Positions 1 through 11,193 of a stretch of 64,000 nt of DNA are shown piece by piece (position 1 is the stretch's first letter; each line of letters begins with the position of its first letter). The notes beneath the pieces are model-generated. The model had not been told where the DNA came from, ran no database searches, and saw only the letters and a program-made list of their open reading frames with translations. The translations under genes and the position numbers were made by a program. Source of the DNA: Bdellovibrionales bacterium (GTDB taxonomy: Bacteria; Bdellovibrionota; Bdellovibrionia; Bdellovibrionales; JAUICD01); assembly GCA_965262715.1 (NCBI GenBank), contig OZ253553.1, forward strand, positions 1,824,001 through 1,888,000, given 5' to 3'.

Positions 1-1282
1 CTTTATGAGCTAAAAAGGCATCTTGTTTGATGAAAAAATGAATCAAATAATAAAGATCCCAAAGGGAATTGTTTACAGGAGTTGCAGTTAAAAATAAGAC
101 ATCTTTCTTTTTACCAAAAAGAAGCTTTCTTAAAATACCTGCTCGCATAAAAGCATCTGGGTTTCTGTAATTATGGGCCTCATCCACAACAATCAACTGA
201 TATTCATCTAAATCTCTTTGTAACTTCTGTGAAGTTCTATCTGCATCTTTATTTAACTGCTTATCACCAGCAAGTTCTTCATAAGACACACATTCAATGA
301 AAAACTCATGTTCGGATTTAAATCTTTTCCAAGTATTGTCACGAAGAGCTGCAGGACAAATCAACAAAGCTCTTTGCCTTTTATTCCTATAATGTTCAAT
401 AATTTGAGCTGCTATAAATGTCTTTCCTAAACCTACTTCATCAGCAACAATAACCCCACTATATTCTTGAATAATCCGTAAGGCCCTGATAACCCCATGT
501 TTTTGAAATTGAGTTAAGAGAAACCCTTCTTCACTTTGAGAATCTACTTCAATTTCTTTTCCATAAAGTTGCCATAACACTCTTATAAAAATATCAAAAG
601 GAGTTTGAATTGTTAAAAGCTCTTCAAATATTTTGTCTACTTCAAAAGGAACACTATCTTCCCATAATTGATTAAACCAAGATTTCGCTTTAGACACTGT
701 CATTTTATCACAACGACTGGTATTTAACTCTAAATTTGTAGTCAAACCAGCTTTTGTCATATTAGAAGAACCTATAATAACACCTTCATGTTCTTCATTT
801 TCCTGTTTGATAAAAATGTAGGCTTTTGCATGGAGGAAATCTTTTTCATATCTGCGAATTTCAATATTTCCAGACTGAAGAGCTTTAACAAAAGATCTAA
901 TTTTTTTTTCACTTTGAAAATCAAAAGAGAGATGATCTCTTTCCCTTTGAAGACCTATTTCAACAGAACTTAAGCTTTCTTGTAATTGCTCTGTTTTGAA
1001 TTGTGATTTGGTCTTTTCAAGAGGTTTTAAAGGAAATAAATGTTTTGAAAAAAGCTCTGCTCCAATCAAAAGACGAACAGAATCTATATCAGCTAGCTCA
1101 TCAACTATTTGAAAAAACCCTGCTGAAGTAAAAAAAGCAGTGACAATACAAGCTTCATTATATTTTGAACCATTTATGTTGTTTTTGAGAATAGATTTTA
1201 GAGCTTCAGATAAGGTGTTTTCTCCAATATTATCAATGAGTTCAGGAAAAAATGTTTCTTTATATGAGATGTAGTCATCCAT
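1..1282 (-). CDS. PLD-family nuclease domain + SF2 (SNF2-like) helicase, N-terminal part; runs off the window start
   Basis: Not in the ORF track. My translation from ATG 1282 stays open to position 2: MDDYISYKETFFPELIDN...FLHAKAYIF...IIGSSNMTKAGLTTNLELN (PLD motif)...ADEVGLGKT (Walker A)...VVDEAHNYRN (DExH)...LTATPVNN (motif III). Confidence 0.9.
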   Translation of the reverse strand, partial: MDDYISYKETFFPELIDNIGENTLSEALKSILKNNINGSKYNEACIVTAFFTSAGFFQIVDELADIDSVRLLIGAELFSKHLFPLKPLEKTKSQFKTEQLQESLSSVEIGLQRERDHLSFDFQSEKKIRSFVKALQSGNIEIRRYEKDFLHAKAYIFIKQENEEHEGVIIGSSNMTKAGLTTNLELNTSRCDKMTVSKAKSWFNQLWEDSVPFEVDKIFEELLTIQTPFDIFIRVLWQLYGKEIEVDSQSEEGFLLTQFQKHGVIRALRIIQEYSGVIVADEVGLGKTFIAAQIIEHYRNKRQRALLICPAALRDNTWKRFKSEHEFFIECVSYEELAGDKQLNKDADRTSQKLQRDLDEYQLIVVDEAHNYRNPDAFMRAGILRKLLFGKKKDVLFLTATPVNNSLWDLYYLIHFFIKQDAFLAHK

Positions 1283-1335
1283 CTTAGATCATATTCCTTT
1301 TGAGCTTTTTAGACTTATATTATAAATTTTACTTT

Positions 1336-2303
1336 TTACTTACGATGTGGTTTTGCTAAAAGTTGTATAGACTGTTTACCCCATGATATCCCTTGTGTGT
1401 TTTCATAAAGTTTTACAAAAGGAGTTATATTGAAAAAACCATTGATCAAAATATGAGCTTCCCACAATAAACCTTGAAGTTTATTGTCAGCAAGGCTGAT
1501 TTTTAATTTAAGTTCAGAGAGTTTGTTGATTGATAAAGGGCGAGAATGCATCAAATGCTCCTCATAATTGGATAAGTATTTAACAACTTTTTTTATTTTT
1601 TCATCAGAATTTTTTTCATCTTTGAGCATATACTTTTTAAGCCAATCAGAAACCAATTTTTCTGAAAGGTTTTCTGAATCTTCACAAAGTTCTAAAAGGT
1701 CTAAAGAGTATTGCTCAATGAGTGGAATATAAACAGGTAATATTTCCGGACCTTCTTCAGCAACTTTCTTTTTTAATTTTTCAATACCGTTCTTAATTGC
1801 TCTAGAAGGAATACCATTAATTTGAGGGTCAATAGGTCCTAAAACAGCACATGGATGTAAAATGACATGATCTCCTGATAGTGCTAGCATTGTAGCTGCT
1901 GAATAAGCAGAATGTGGAATCAAGAAGTGTATATTGTTAAGTGACCTCTTAATAATTCTACAATTCTCTCTGTAGCGTCAGGCCTACCACCGGGGCTATG
2001 TAAGAGAACATCAACAACATCACTATCTTTTATTGAACTTGAATTTTTGACAGAAACGATCATATCATTAAAGCCATCTACATCAGAAAGGTCAATAAAA
2101 TTTGGAGCATCCGGTAGTGTCTTTTCTAAAAATTTTGTTGCATATATCAATAAAGGTCGTTTTCGATATTGTTCAATATCTTCATAACACTTTTTACGAA
2201 TTCTAAGTAAATCAGAATGAGTAGGGTTTTTTACAGTCAGAAAATTATACCAATCTTGAGTAGTTTTAAACCTTACCCTATTTTGTTGTTGAGTAGATGG
2301 CAT
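1336..2303 (-). pseudogene. SDH-family ClpP-fold serine protease, split by a 1-nt frameshift near 1939
   Basis: ORFs 1920..2318 (LLHSPGG) and 1336..1923 (IPHSAYSAATMLAL, LGPIDPQ, MHSRP) join as RGH-F-NNIHFLIPH if one T is restored in cac tt aac. Start taken as MPSTQ at 2303. Could be a sequencing error rather than true decay. Confidence 0.8.
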
Positions 2304-2502
2304 GAGGGTTGATCTCACAAGCTGAAGTGGAGGATGAAATAGTCTTAAATACTTTCTTTCGGCCTAAGGCAATAGCTGTTCTTTCTAAAATATCCTTGGT
2401 TTTTTGATGCTGTTTGTAAAGTTCTAATGCTTCTGTGTTTTCATACAAAACTTCTTTTGACATGATCTTACTGGACGTAAGCTCTAACTTCTTTGCTTTC
2501 AT
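2278..2502 (-). CDS. small basic hypothetical protein (74 aa) overlapping the protease start
   Basis: ORF track; GGAG-type RBS (gggagaaacta) before the ATG; 3' end overlaps the downstream protease gene. Confidence 0.6.
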   Translation of the reverse strand: MKAKKLELTSSKIMSKEVLYENTEALELYKQHQKTKDILERTAIALGRKKVFKTISSSTSACEINPHAIYSTTK

Positions 2503-2597
2503 TAGTTTCTCCCATAACCTATTATAATGGATTTTATCTTAAAAAATCAAATTATAATGATTGAGTGTTCTAATATAGTATATAATTAGGTTTTGCA

Positions 2598-5500
2598 CTA
2601 ACTATTTTTAATTATTTTTGCTTTCCATACTCTGTAATATTTTAAAACAGCTTTTAATCGAGGTTCATAATCCCACGTCCTGTGAAAAGTCTCAAAAATA
2701 TGGATGAGCTGTTTTTCAGACAGTCCATAAAGATGAGCAACAACAGCATCTAACTCATAAATCATATTGTTTTTTTCATCTACATCTAACTTGCCATATT
2801 TAACACCTACGGACTTAGCCCATTTTGCAAATCGCTCATCAGGTGATGCTAATCGGCCTGAAAGTTTAACGACTTTTTGCCACAGAGAATTACTTTTGGA
2901 AAGGCGAGGGACAGGGAAAGTATTGAGAAGAAAAAAGCCAATAGAGTTTGTAGAAATAAATAAACGAGCATACCAATCAAAAGGGATAGAGCTTAAAACA
3001 CCAAGTAAAAAGGCTTCATCTTTTTCATCTCCTCTAGAAAAAAGAAAATAAGGAGCTTTATGAACTAAAAAAACTTTAGAAGGTACAAGACTGGCATGAA
3101 TTGTCCTTGGTCTGTCTGCACTGCCAACATCTCGGAAGGCAATCCTTGGCTTAAAACAAGGCAGCGTTTTTTTGTTTCTGATATGATCACTAGAAAATTC
3201 AACATGTACACTTCTTGGACTTTTATGACTATTAAGACGTTTTTGATAAAGATAATTTATAACTTTTTCAGGGTTAGCGTAAGCATAATACTTTCCCGTA
3301 TCTTGTTGCCAAATATTAAAAGATTCTCCCGTGAAAATCTTCCAAAATCCTTCTGGACAACTCTTAGACTTTAAATCCATAAGATTTTTTTGTTGAGTTG
3401 TATGCATTTCTACATCAGTTCAAGTTATCCAGCTTTTTTTATCATTTAAACTCAATCTAGGAGATTTTCTCAGCTGAAGAAAAACATCAAAAGATTCTTC
3501 TTTTGGTAAAGAAGGTAATGAGGCAGAATCTGTCCATGATTCCACTTGATTTTTTGTGAAAAATAAAGAGCTTTGACTTTGTCTAGCTTCAAATTGCCCC
3601 ATAGACTTGAAAGGTCCTTGAATATAAATTCTCCCTTCTTTTTTGTTTTCATTTTCATCTTTTTCAAGGGATAAAATACTTATCCGAATGCCATCTACTC
3701 CTTCAAAAACCCAACCAGAGTTATTGACAAATGTGGTTATATGTACTTTTTGAGTTTTTTGAAAAATCTCTTTACGAAAATTTTCAGACCCTTTAGATTG
3801 ACAAACACTACCTTTCAGAACTACTCCAAGAAAACCGTTTTTTTCACAAATTAATTGCCAAAATCTCCAACAAAAGAATTTATATAAGTCAGAATCTCCT
3901 GAGTTTGACTGAATATAAATCATTTTTTTTAAGACACTTTTAAGCTTATTTATCTTTTCTAGTTCTGACTGGTATTTTTCCCTAAGTGCTGGGTTTTCTT
4001 CTTTTATAGTTCTATATCTCTCTTCTCTTTCTCCTTGAGAAAGCCCTCTCAATCCAGGGAAATATCTGGCCCAAAAAGCATGCTCTTCTAATTTTATTTT
4101 TTCCCAAGGAGGATTGCCAATAATCACATCAAAACCCGGCTTACCTCTTAAAAACACTTCAGGAAAAGCTAATGGGAAATGAAGAGGCTTTAAGTCTTTC
4201 AATTCTGAGAGAGCTTTTTTAAATTCTTTAGATTTACCAATGGCTTTTTTATTTCTTATCCATTCTTCAATTTTAAAAATGTTTAATTTGTCAGATGATA
4301 TCCGGTTAAAAATAGCTATATCAAACAAAGCTTTGGTATCTTTTAAAGATGTTTCTATTTCTTCTTTTAATTTTCGATTTTGTTTGACTTCTTCAGGATT
4401 TAAGTCAGCAAGTTGTTTCATATCTTGCAAAGGTTTTCTTACATGGGCAATTAACTTTTTAGTATCAATTAATTGCATAGGAAAATTTTCTACATCTTTA
4501 AATTCTTCCTGAAACTCTTGCAAAGTTCCTATACCTACCAAAGAATCTCCGCAAGCTAAATTATGATCAAAGTAAGAAAGTGGCAGCCCTGGAATAAAAG
4601 TATGAGTCCACAAAGAAAGCTTTGCTAATTGAACTGCCAACTCATTGTTATCCACTCCATAAATGCAGTGTTTTGCAATATGGCGGGCTAAGATTTTTCT
4701 ATTTTCAATAGAAGAATCATCAGACATATCTTTTAAGTTGTCTTTTACGGCTACTTTTATCTTATCCAATATATTTTGAACCCCATTTAAAGGTCTTTCA
4801 TTTAAATAGTTTGTCATTGCCTTTTCAATTTTATCCACTGCTGCTACTAAAAAGTGCCCAGATCCCATAGCAATATCTGCAACAAAAAAGTTAAAAATTT
4901 CTTTAGCAGCTTCTTTATCATCTAGCTTATCCAATCGTTCAAAATGCTTTTTTAAAGCTGGCTCTAGTGATTTTTCTAGAATATGTTCCACAATAAAGCT
5001 TTTCGTATAATAACTGCCAGAGGCTTTTCTTGCACCAGATTGATTTTGTAGGTAAACATGTCCCTTATTAATTGTGAGAGAATTTTTCTCTTTCTTTTTT
5101 TGATTTTTAGGTTTAAATTTCACTGGAATGTAAATATTTCCACTTAATGTTAAGTTTTCATCTGCTTTAACCAAATTGGACTCTAAAAGTCCTTCATAAA
5201 TAGTTCCAAATTCACTAGGGCCTAAAAAGCGAAAATCTACAGGAGCCAAATCTCTTTCCTGAGACTTCATAAGCAGTAAGTCTTTTAAAGCTGGAACAAA
5301 AAATTTATTGGCAATAGAAATCTTTGAGAGTTCTTTTCCTATCTCTGAATATATGCTGCTAAACAAACCTCCATTATAGGCCATAATTCCCCATTCTGTA
5401 TTTCCTTCATCAATGGCTTTCCAGAGACGAGCAACTTCTTGCCAATGGTTGCATTGATCTTTTGCAAAAGATCCGTTCTGATTAGAATGCAAGTCAGACA

Positions 5501-6671
5501 ATTCTTGTGCTTTTTTCTTAAGAGATCGTGCCTGATAAGCTGAATTTGTTTTATAAGGCAGAAGATCTCTATCTTCAGCATGAGCGATAAATAAGAGGCG
5601 AAACAGAACAGTCAAAGTCTTATGATAAACTTTGTCTAAATCTTGAGAGGATGGATTTTTTATTTTCATTGCGTGAATCATTCCATTGGCTATTTGAGGA
5701 ATAATCTTATCATAGATGCGGTCTTTTAAATTCTTTGCCACATTTTCCGAAAAACGTTTGGATTTTTCTAAGATTTCACTCAAAGATCCTTTTTCACTTA
5801 AAGCTTCAGCAGAGAAGATAAGCCATAAATAGCCTAAATCTTCTTCTTGAAGAAGAGATGATTGACATTCTATATAGGTTTCCGTTCGAGAATTACCACT
5901 GACTCCAGATTTTTTATCAGTGCTATAAAGTCTTATACAATTTTCCTGAACCATTAAAACCCAAGGCATAGCTTCCTGGTCTGCCTTATCCATTGCATAA
6001 GAGACAGGTGAGAGTTGATTAAAACGCTGTTGAGAGGAATAATGAGCTTCTGAAGGATCTAAAAGAACTGCTAAAGCTCTCTTTTTATCTTTGCTTTTTA
6101 AGATATAAGTCAAGTTATCTAGCCGAGTTATATAAAAGCCAAGTTCTTCCAAAAGGTCTTGTCTTTTAAAATCAGATATACTTTTAGATTTCTGCCTTGC
6201 TTTTTCCCAATCATGCCGTTTTTTAACTCCATGGATAAGGTGATGAGAGGCTAGCATACCCTTATTATTAATACCAGATATCCCTTCTACAGAAGGCAAG
6301 AAATGATGACAAAATTCCAAAGCCTTATGACGATTTGGTTGCTCTAAAGCTGTTTGGCAAAATCTCTCGACAAGCTCAAGCCTGCCTTGATAAACCGGAG
6401 GATTTTCACCAGAAGGGCCACAAAGAGAAGCTTGATTGTTTCCATGGATAACAGTCAATAGAACTGGTGAAGCTCTGTTGTTCTTTCTTTTCTTATGAGC
6501 ATTTTTTATTTTTGAGACATTTGGCTGAGTATCACTTGAAAAAACAGCTACTTCTAAGCTAGAATCCCCTTTTCCTAAAATTAATTTCTCAGGTTTTAAA
6601 CCTTGTTCTACTAATTGGAGAGGTCTTTTTGGAAAACTTTGAAGAAATTTCTTTGCAGCACTCATAATCAA
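2598..6671 (-). pseudogene. Eco57I-like / type IIG N6-adenine methyltransferase-restriction fusion, interrupted by one in-frame TGA at 3420-3422
   Basis: GSYYT, DIAMGSGHFL (motif I) and GNPPW (motif IV). ORF 3420..6671 continues in the same frame (SWIT*TDVEMHTTQQ) into 2598..3407, which carries the specificity/C-terminal region (IAFRDV...RTIHASLVP, ELDAVVAHLYGL). Confidence 0.85.
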
Positions 6672-6846
6672 TACATTCGTCTGATTATATTAAAAACTTA
6701 AGACTTTTGGTGGTCTAAAAGTATGAATGTATTTTTTATAAGTGATCTTAATTTGAATAGTTAATTTTAAAACTTGCTCTAATTACTAAGGTAGTATCAA
6801 AGTGAAACAAAACAATTTATAGGCTTCTATTTTTTCCATAAAATCC

Positions 6847-8397
6847 TTATGATCTATTTTTTTCAATTAAGTTATCTCCTGTCATCTCCTTTGGAATAGA
6901 TAGATCAAGTAGGTTTAAGAGAGTAGGTGCAATATCAGAAAGTTTTCCATTAGAAAGCCTGTAAGGTGTTTGATCAGATCGAGATATCCATATTAGAGGG
7001 ACAGGATTTGTTGTGTGTTGAGTTAAGATTTGAGATGTTTTGAGGCAAACCATCTCCTCGCAGTTGCCATGATCAGATGTGATAAAAATTTCATGATTTG
7101 ATTTTTCTGCTTGAGATACAATACGGCCTAAACATTCATCAATCACTTCTATAGCTTTAATAGCTGCTTTTTCATTGCCCGTGTGGCCTACCATATCTCC
7201 GTTTGCAAAATTAGCAATAATCACAGAGTATTTCTGCATATTTGAAATTAGCTGATCTGTAACTTCATAAGCACTCATTTCAGGTTTTTGATCATAAGTT
7301 GCGATATCGCTTGGAGAAGGAATCAAAATACGATCTTCCCCTTTAAGAGGAGTTTCTCTACCGCCATTTAAAAAATAAGTGACATGAGCGTACTTTTCAG
7401 TTTCTGCAATTCTTAATTGCTTGAGATTATTTTGAGAAAGAACTTCTCCTAAGCAATTTGATGGAATGTTTTTTGGAAATAGTACAGGAAAGTTAAAACT
7501 TTTTTTGTATTCTGTAAAAGTTAGAAGGTTGTGAGAGGATAGTTGAATTGGAGTTTCAAATTCACTAAAATTATTTATAGATAAAGATTCTACAATTTGA
7601 CGCATTCTATCTGCCCTGAAATTAAATGTCACACATTGATCTTTAGATCTCATACCTAAGCCTTTTTGCACATAAAAAGGAAGGATAAATTCATCACTTA
7701 TTCCATTATCATAAGATGCTTGAACACCTTCCAAAGCCGAGGCAAAAGTTTTATATTCTCCAGTAAAAGTTAATCCTTTATAAGCCTTTTTTGTTCTTTC
7801 CCATCTTTTGTCTCTATCCATAGCATAAAAACGCCCCATTACAGTTGAAACCACAACATTATCTAAATGAGAAATGAAGTCTTCTAATTCTAAAATATAA
7901 TTTTTTCCACTATGAATAAGTGTATCACGCCCATCCGTGATAACATGAATAGATATCTTCTTATGAGGAAATGCTTTGGTGATATCGGTTATGAGAGCTG
8001 TTAAGTGATGAAAGGAAGAGTGCACATATCCCTTAGAAACCAAACCTAGTAAATGGATGTGCCCATCTGCTTGGCCTATCCTTTGAATATCAGGCATTTC
8101 AGAAAACAAGTGACTTTCAGTAAACTTAGAGATTTTAGGAAGATCTTGTCGTAGAACTCTACCACTACCTATTGTAAGATGCCCTACTTCTGAATTACCC
8201 ATAACACCTTTAGGAAGCCCTACAGCTTCTCCTGATGCATTAAGGCTGCTATGAAGATTTTCTTTTCTGAACTTATCCAAATAAGGTGTTTTTGCGAGAA
8301 AAAGAGCATTATGTGTTTTTTTTGTAGAAAGACCTACACCATCTAAAATAAGTAATATGATCTTTTTTTTCATAAATCTAAAGCTGCTTTGTCCCAT
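6847..8397 (-). CDS. gpmI: 2,3-bisphosphoglycerate-independent phosphoglycerate mutase
   Basis: LILDG, MGNSEVGH, DGRD, GRFYAMDRD, NFRADR, AETEKYAHVTYF, DMVGHTG and SDHGN motifs. True start is probably MKKKII at 8373. Confidence 0.97.
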   Translation of the reverse strand: MGQSSFRFMKKKIILLILDGVGLSTKKTHNALFLAKTPYLDKFRKENLHSSLNASGEAVGLPKGVMGNSEVGHLTIGSGRVLRQDLPKISKFTESHLFSEMPDIQRIGQADGHIHLLGLVSKGYVHSSFHHLTALITDITKAFPHKKISIHVITDGRDTLIHSGKNYILELEDFISHLDNVVVSTVMGRFYAMDRDKRWERTKKAYKGLTFTGEYKTFASALEGVQASYDNGISDEFILPFYVQKGLGMRSKDQCVTFNFRADRMRQIVESLSINNFSEFETPIQLSSHNLLTFTEYKKSFNFPVLFPKNIPSNCLGEVLSQNNLKQLRIAETEKYAHVTYFLNGGRETPLKGEDRILIPSPSDIATYDQKPEMSAYEVTDQLISNMQKYSVIIANFANGDMVGHTGNEKAAIKAIEVIDECLGRIVSQAEKSNHEIFITSDHGNCEEMVCLKTSQILTQHTTNPVPLIWISRSDQTPYRLSNGKLSDIAPTLLNLLDLSIPKEMTGDNLIEKNRS

Positions 8398-9371
8398 AGG
8401 GACTCTAATTGGTATTTATCTCGTATATAATTGTAAAAAATATGAACAATTAAAGGGCCATAATCAACCAGTACCCAGTTTCCCTCCACAGTACCCTCTA
8501 CATTGATAGGAGAAATACAAAAATGATCTTTTACATCTTTAATAAGAATTTCTGATAAACTTTGAGTGTGTTTTCTGCTCATACCAGAAGCAATAAGAGT
8601 ATAATCTGTAATGGAACTGATAGGTGATACATAAAATGTCTTAATATTGATAGCTTTTTTTTCATCTAAAATATTTTTACAAAAGATTGTTAACTGTTTT
8701 GTGTTAACTTCATCATTTCTTGATCCTTTTTGATAAATTTGATGTTCTTTAATATACTCTTCTGCTTGTAGATCTAAGTAATGAAAAGTGGATTTGTTTT
8801 GGTAAATACGTCGTCTTAAGTAAGTGGAGGAGACGTCAATATCTTTTTCAATTTGGACAAATTCTATGGTCTTTCCTGACTTAAGCTTTGTATTTTGAAA
8901 TCCAAAATCCTCCACGTAGGGTTGAAGGCCTTTTGGAAATTCCTTTAATGATTCTGGAAAAAACCAGTTAGGCCTTGAAGTCACTATAATATTTGTAATT
9001 TGTAAAATCTCTTCATAGTCCTTCCAGTTATCGAAATGATAAAATAAATCTAAACCTATAATAAGAAATAAATCAGTATCCTTTTCATTAAGTTGCTTTA
9101 AGGTTGTGATCGTGTAGCTGACATCTTTTCTTTTGATTTCTCTATGGTCGACTTGAAGAATATCTGTATATTCTAAGCATCCTAGTTGTGTGATTTTTAG
9201 TCTTTGAACTGGAGAAGGGTCTTCTATAAAGGTTTTATGGGGTGTTTGATATGCAGGTATAATAAGAGCTTTATTTAACTCCATCTTGTGAGCAACATGC
9301 AGTATATTATTTAAATGTCCTTTATGGAAAGGATTGAAACTCCCCCCAAAAATACCAATACGCTTTTTCAT
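8370..9371 (-). CDS. nadD: nicotinate-nucleotide adenylyltransferase fused to C-terminal ribosomal silencing factor RsfS domain
   Basis: GGSFNPFHKGH, SYTITTL, IIGLD and VSSTYLR (NadD), then KKAINI...TDYTLIASG...WVLVDYG...HIF...YQLESLW (RsfS/Iojap) in one ORF. Confidence 0.93.
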   Translation of the reverse strand: MKKRIGIFGGSFNPFHKGHLNNILHVAHKMELNKALIIPAYQTPHKTFIEDPSPVQRLKITQLGCLEYTDILQVDHREIKRKDVSYTITTLKQLNEKDTDLFLIIGLDLFYHFDNWKDYEEILQITNIIVTSRPNWFFPESLKEFPKGLQPYVEDFGFQNTKLKSGKTIEFVQIEKDIDVSSTYLRRRIYQNKSTFHYLDLQAEEYIKEHQIYQKGSRNDEVNTKQLTIFCKNILDEKKAINIKTFYVSPISSITDYTLIASGMSRKHTQSLSEILIKDVKDHFCISPINVEGTVEGNWVLVDYGPLIVHIFYNYIRDKYQLESLWDKAALDL

Positions 9372-9385
9372 TATACCTCTTTACA

Positions 9386-10444
9386 CTACTTAAATTGATA
9401 TGACAAGTCCTGCCTTGTTACTTTATGTGCAAGAGGCTCTATTTGTTTAAAAAAAGATTGCAGACCAAGTCCATTTTTTGCAGAGATAGGTACGATAGAA
9501 ATATTATTCTTCTGAAATGTTGAAAGTATCTCTTTGAGTTGATTGTTTGAAATGGCATCAATTTTATTGAGTGCAATCATGTGTGGGCGTTGCAAAAGCG
9601 GCGGTAGTGTATCAACGCTGGAGACATCCTTATTTTTCTGATAACAAAGGATTTCTTTTTGAAGTGCTTTGTAGTCATTAATAGGCCCGCTTTCTGATAG
9701 GGCATCTAGTACATAGATAAGTGCTTGACTGCGATCTATATGTTTTAAAAAATTGTGCCCTAGCCCTACACCTTTATGTGCATCAACAACAAGGCCGGGA
9801 ATATCAGCTATAGTTATCGGATCTATATCTTGTCTCTGAGGTAATTGAAGAACACCTAAATGAGGGTTAAGTGTTGTGAAAGGGTAATTACCAATTTTAG
9901 GAGTTGCTTCAGAGATTTGAGAAAGAAGTGTAGATTTACCTGCATTAGGAAATCCTATTAAACCTAAATCTGCTATCAGTTTGAGTTCCAGATGAATAAG
10001 TTTTTCTTGACTTTTTTGTCCAGGTTGCGCAAAAGAAGGTGCTTGGTTTCTGCTATTTTTGAAAAAGTGATTTCCTTTTCCTCCAAGCCCTCCTTGGAGG
10101 ACGCATGTTTGGCTTGTATGAGAACACAAGTCATGAAGAACTTGTCCACTCTCATCTTTTAATAGAGTTCCCATAGGTATCTCAATAATGAGGTCCCTAC
10201 CACTTTTACCTGTTTTCTTATTGCCTCCACCAGGTTGACCATTTTCAGCACGGTATATTTTTTTTCGCACCAAGTTGAATAAAGATTTAAGGTGGGGATT
10301 GACTTTAAAGATGATATCAGCGCCTTTTCCTCCATCTCCTCCATCAGGTCCTCCTCTAGGTAAGTATTTTTCTCTATGATAACTTACACATCCAGCTCCG
10401 CCGTTGCCAGAGTGGAGGAATATTTGAGCTTCATCAACAAACAT
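9386..10444 (-). CDS. obgE: GTPase ObgE/CgtA
   Basis: MFVDEA start at 10444; glycine-rich Obg fold GGPDGGDGGKG; GFPNAGKST, YPFTT, DIPG, NKID and ISAK motifs. Confidence 0.97.
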   Translation of the reverse strand: MFVDEAQIFLHSGNGGAGCVSYHREKYLPRGGPDGGDGGKGADIIFKVNPHLKSLFNLVRKKIYRAENGQPGGGNKKTGKSGRDLIIEIPMGTLLKDESGQVLHDLCSHTSQTCVLQGGLGGKGNHFFKNSRNQAPSFAQPGQKSQEKLIHLELKLIADLGLIGFPNAGKSTLLSQISEATPKIGNYPFTTLNPHLGVLQLPQRQDIDPITIADIPGLVVDAHKGVGLGHNFLKHIDRSQALIYVLDALSESGPINDYKALQKEILCYQKNKDVSSVDTLPPLLQRPHMIALNKIDAISNNQLKEILSTFQKNNISIVPISAKNGLGLQSFFKQIEPLAHKVTRQDLSYQFK

Positions 10445-10632
10445 AATCTCTTCCTTTAATACAATTATAGTCTCTCTATAACAGAAAATTGAAAATAAGT
10501 ACATAAGTTTACATATCATTCTATGTAAATATTTAAACCTATATGAAGTAAATGAGCTATTTCTTATTGATTGTCTAAATTTCCAATGGGTTTCTTGTAT
10601 TCAAGGCCTGAAATAAAAATGAATGATAAAAC

Positions 10633-11193
10633 TTACTAAAAGAAAAACATATTTTTTAAAATAAAAGCCCTTTACAAGGGTAGTGTCCTCGCAAAGGGCG
10701 GAGATAAAAAATATCATGAAGCTTGTATCATAAAGAAGCTATAAAGGTATCACATAAGATATTAAATGATTGATTATTTATAGCTTCACATTTAAGCGAT
10801 TGATCATTCTCTAAAGTTATTTTTAGAGAGCAAGTGTAAACCCTATATTGGTTAAATTTATATTCACTGGACATATCCCCACATGCCTTTAAAAGCTCTT
10901 TACCTTTAAATAGAGCACATGATTTTTGACAAACATTGATAAAGGTTGCGTTGACATCTGTGGCATTTTCCTTTTCTATATAATCTGTGTCCGGGCTATA
11001 ATTAGCATAGAAGTAATATTGTGCAGCTTCAGTATCTTGATTTAAGTTTATTGACAAATACTTAGGATCCGCTTCTTGTTTGTTTTTATAAAACTGAAGT
11101 CTTGCATTGTTTACAAGTAATCCTAGTAAACCAATAATAACAATTGCTAGTAAGTAAAGTAATCTTCTAGGGCTTGTTTTCTTTAGCTTCATT
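10633..11193. repeat. ~560-bp direct repeat, copy 1 (gene + terminator); copy 2 at 17734..18292
   Basis: Near-identical nucleotide runs seen directly, e.g. ataaaagccctttacaagggtagtgtcctcgcaaagggcggagataaaaaatatcatgaa at both places. Confidence 0.92.
10658..10699 (-). terminator. Rho-independent terminator, copy 1
   Basis: Minus strand GCCCTTTGCGAGG-ACACTAC-CCTTGTAAAGGGC (13-bp stem with two G-U pairs) followed by TTTTATTTT, just after the stop of 10728..11210. Confidence 0.75.

Noticed and set aside
788..973. Short antisense or alternate-frame ORFs in the track (also 2767, 3096, 4240, 13516, 16900, 24567, 34788, 42960, 54832 and similar)
   Set aside because: They overlap well-supported genes and show no motifs.
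3420..3422. Alternative genetic code (TGA reassigned)
   Set aside because: Other genes end normally in TGA (thiM, thiL, tnpA, pilin), and the in-frame stops elsewhere are TAA and TAG.
1..6671. Complete DISARM or BREX system
   Set aside because: No DrmA/DrmB (DUF1998), PglZ or BrxC is seen at either locus. For copy 1 the downstream genes are outside the window, so this is not fully excluded.
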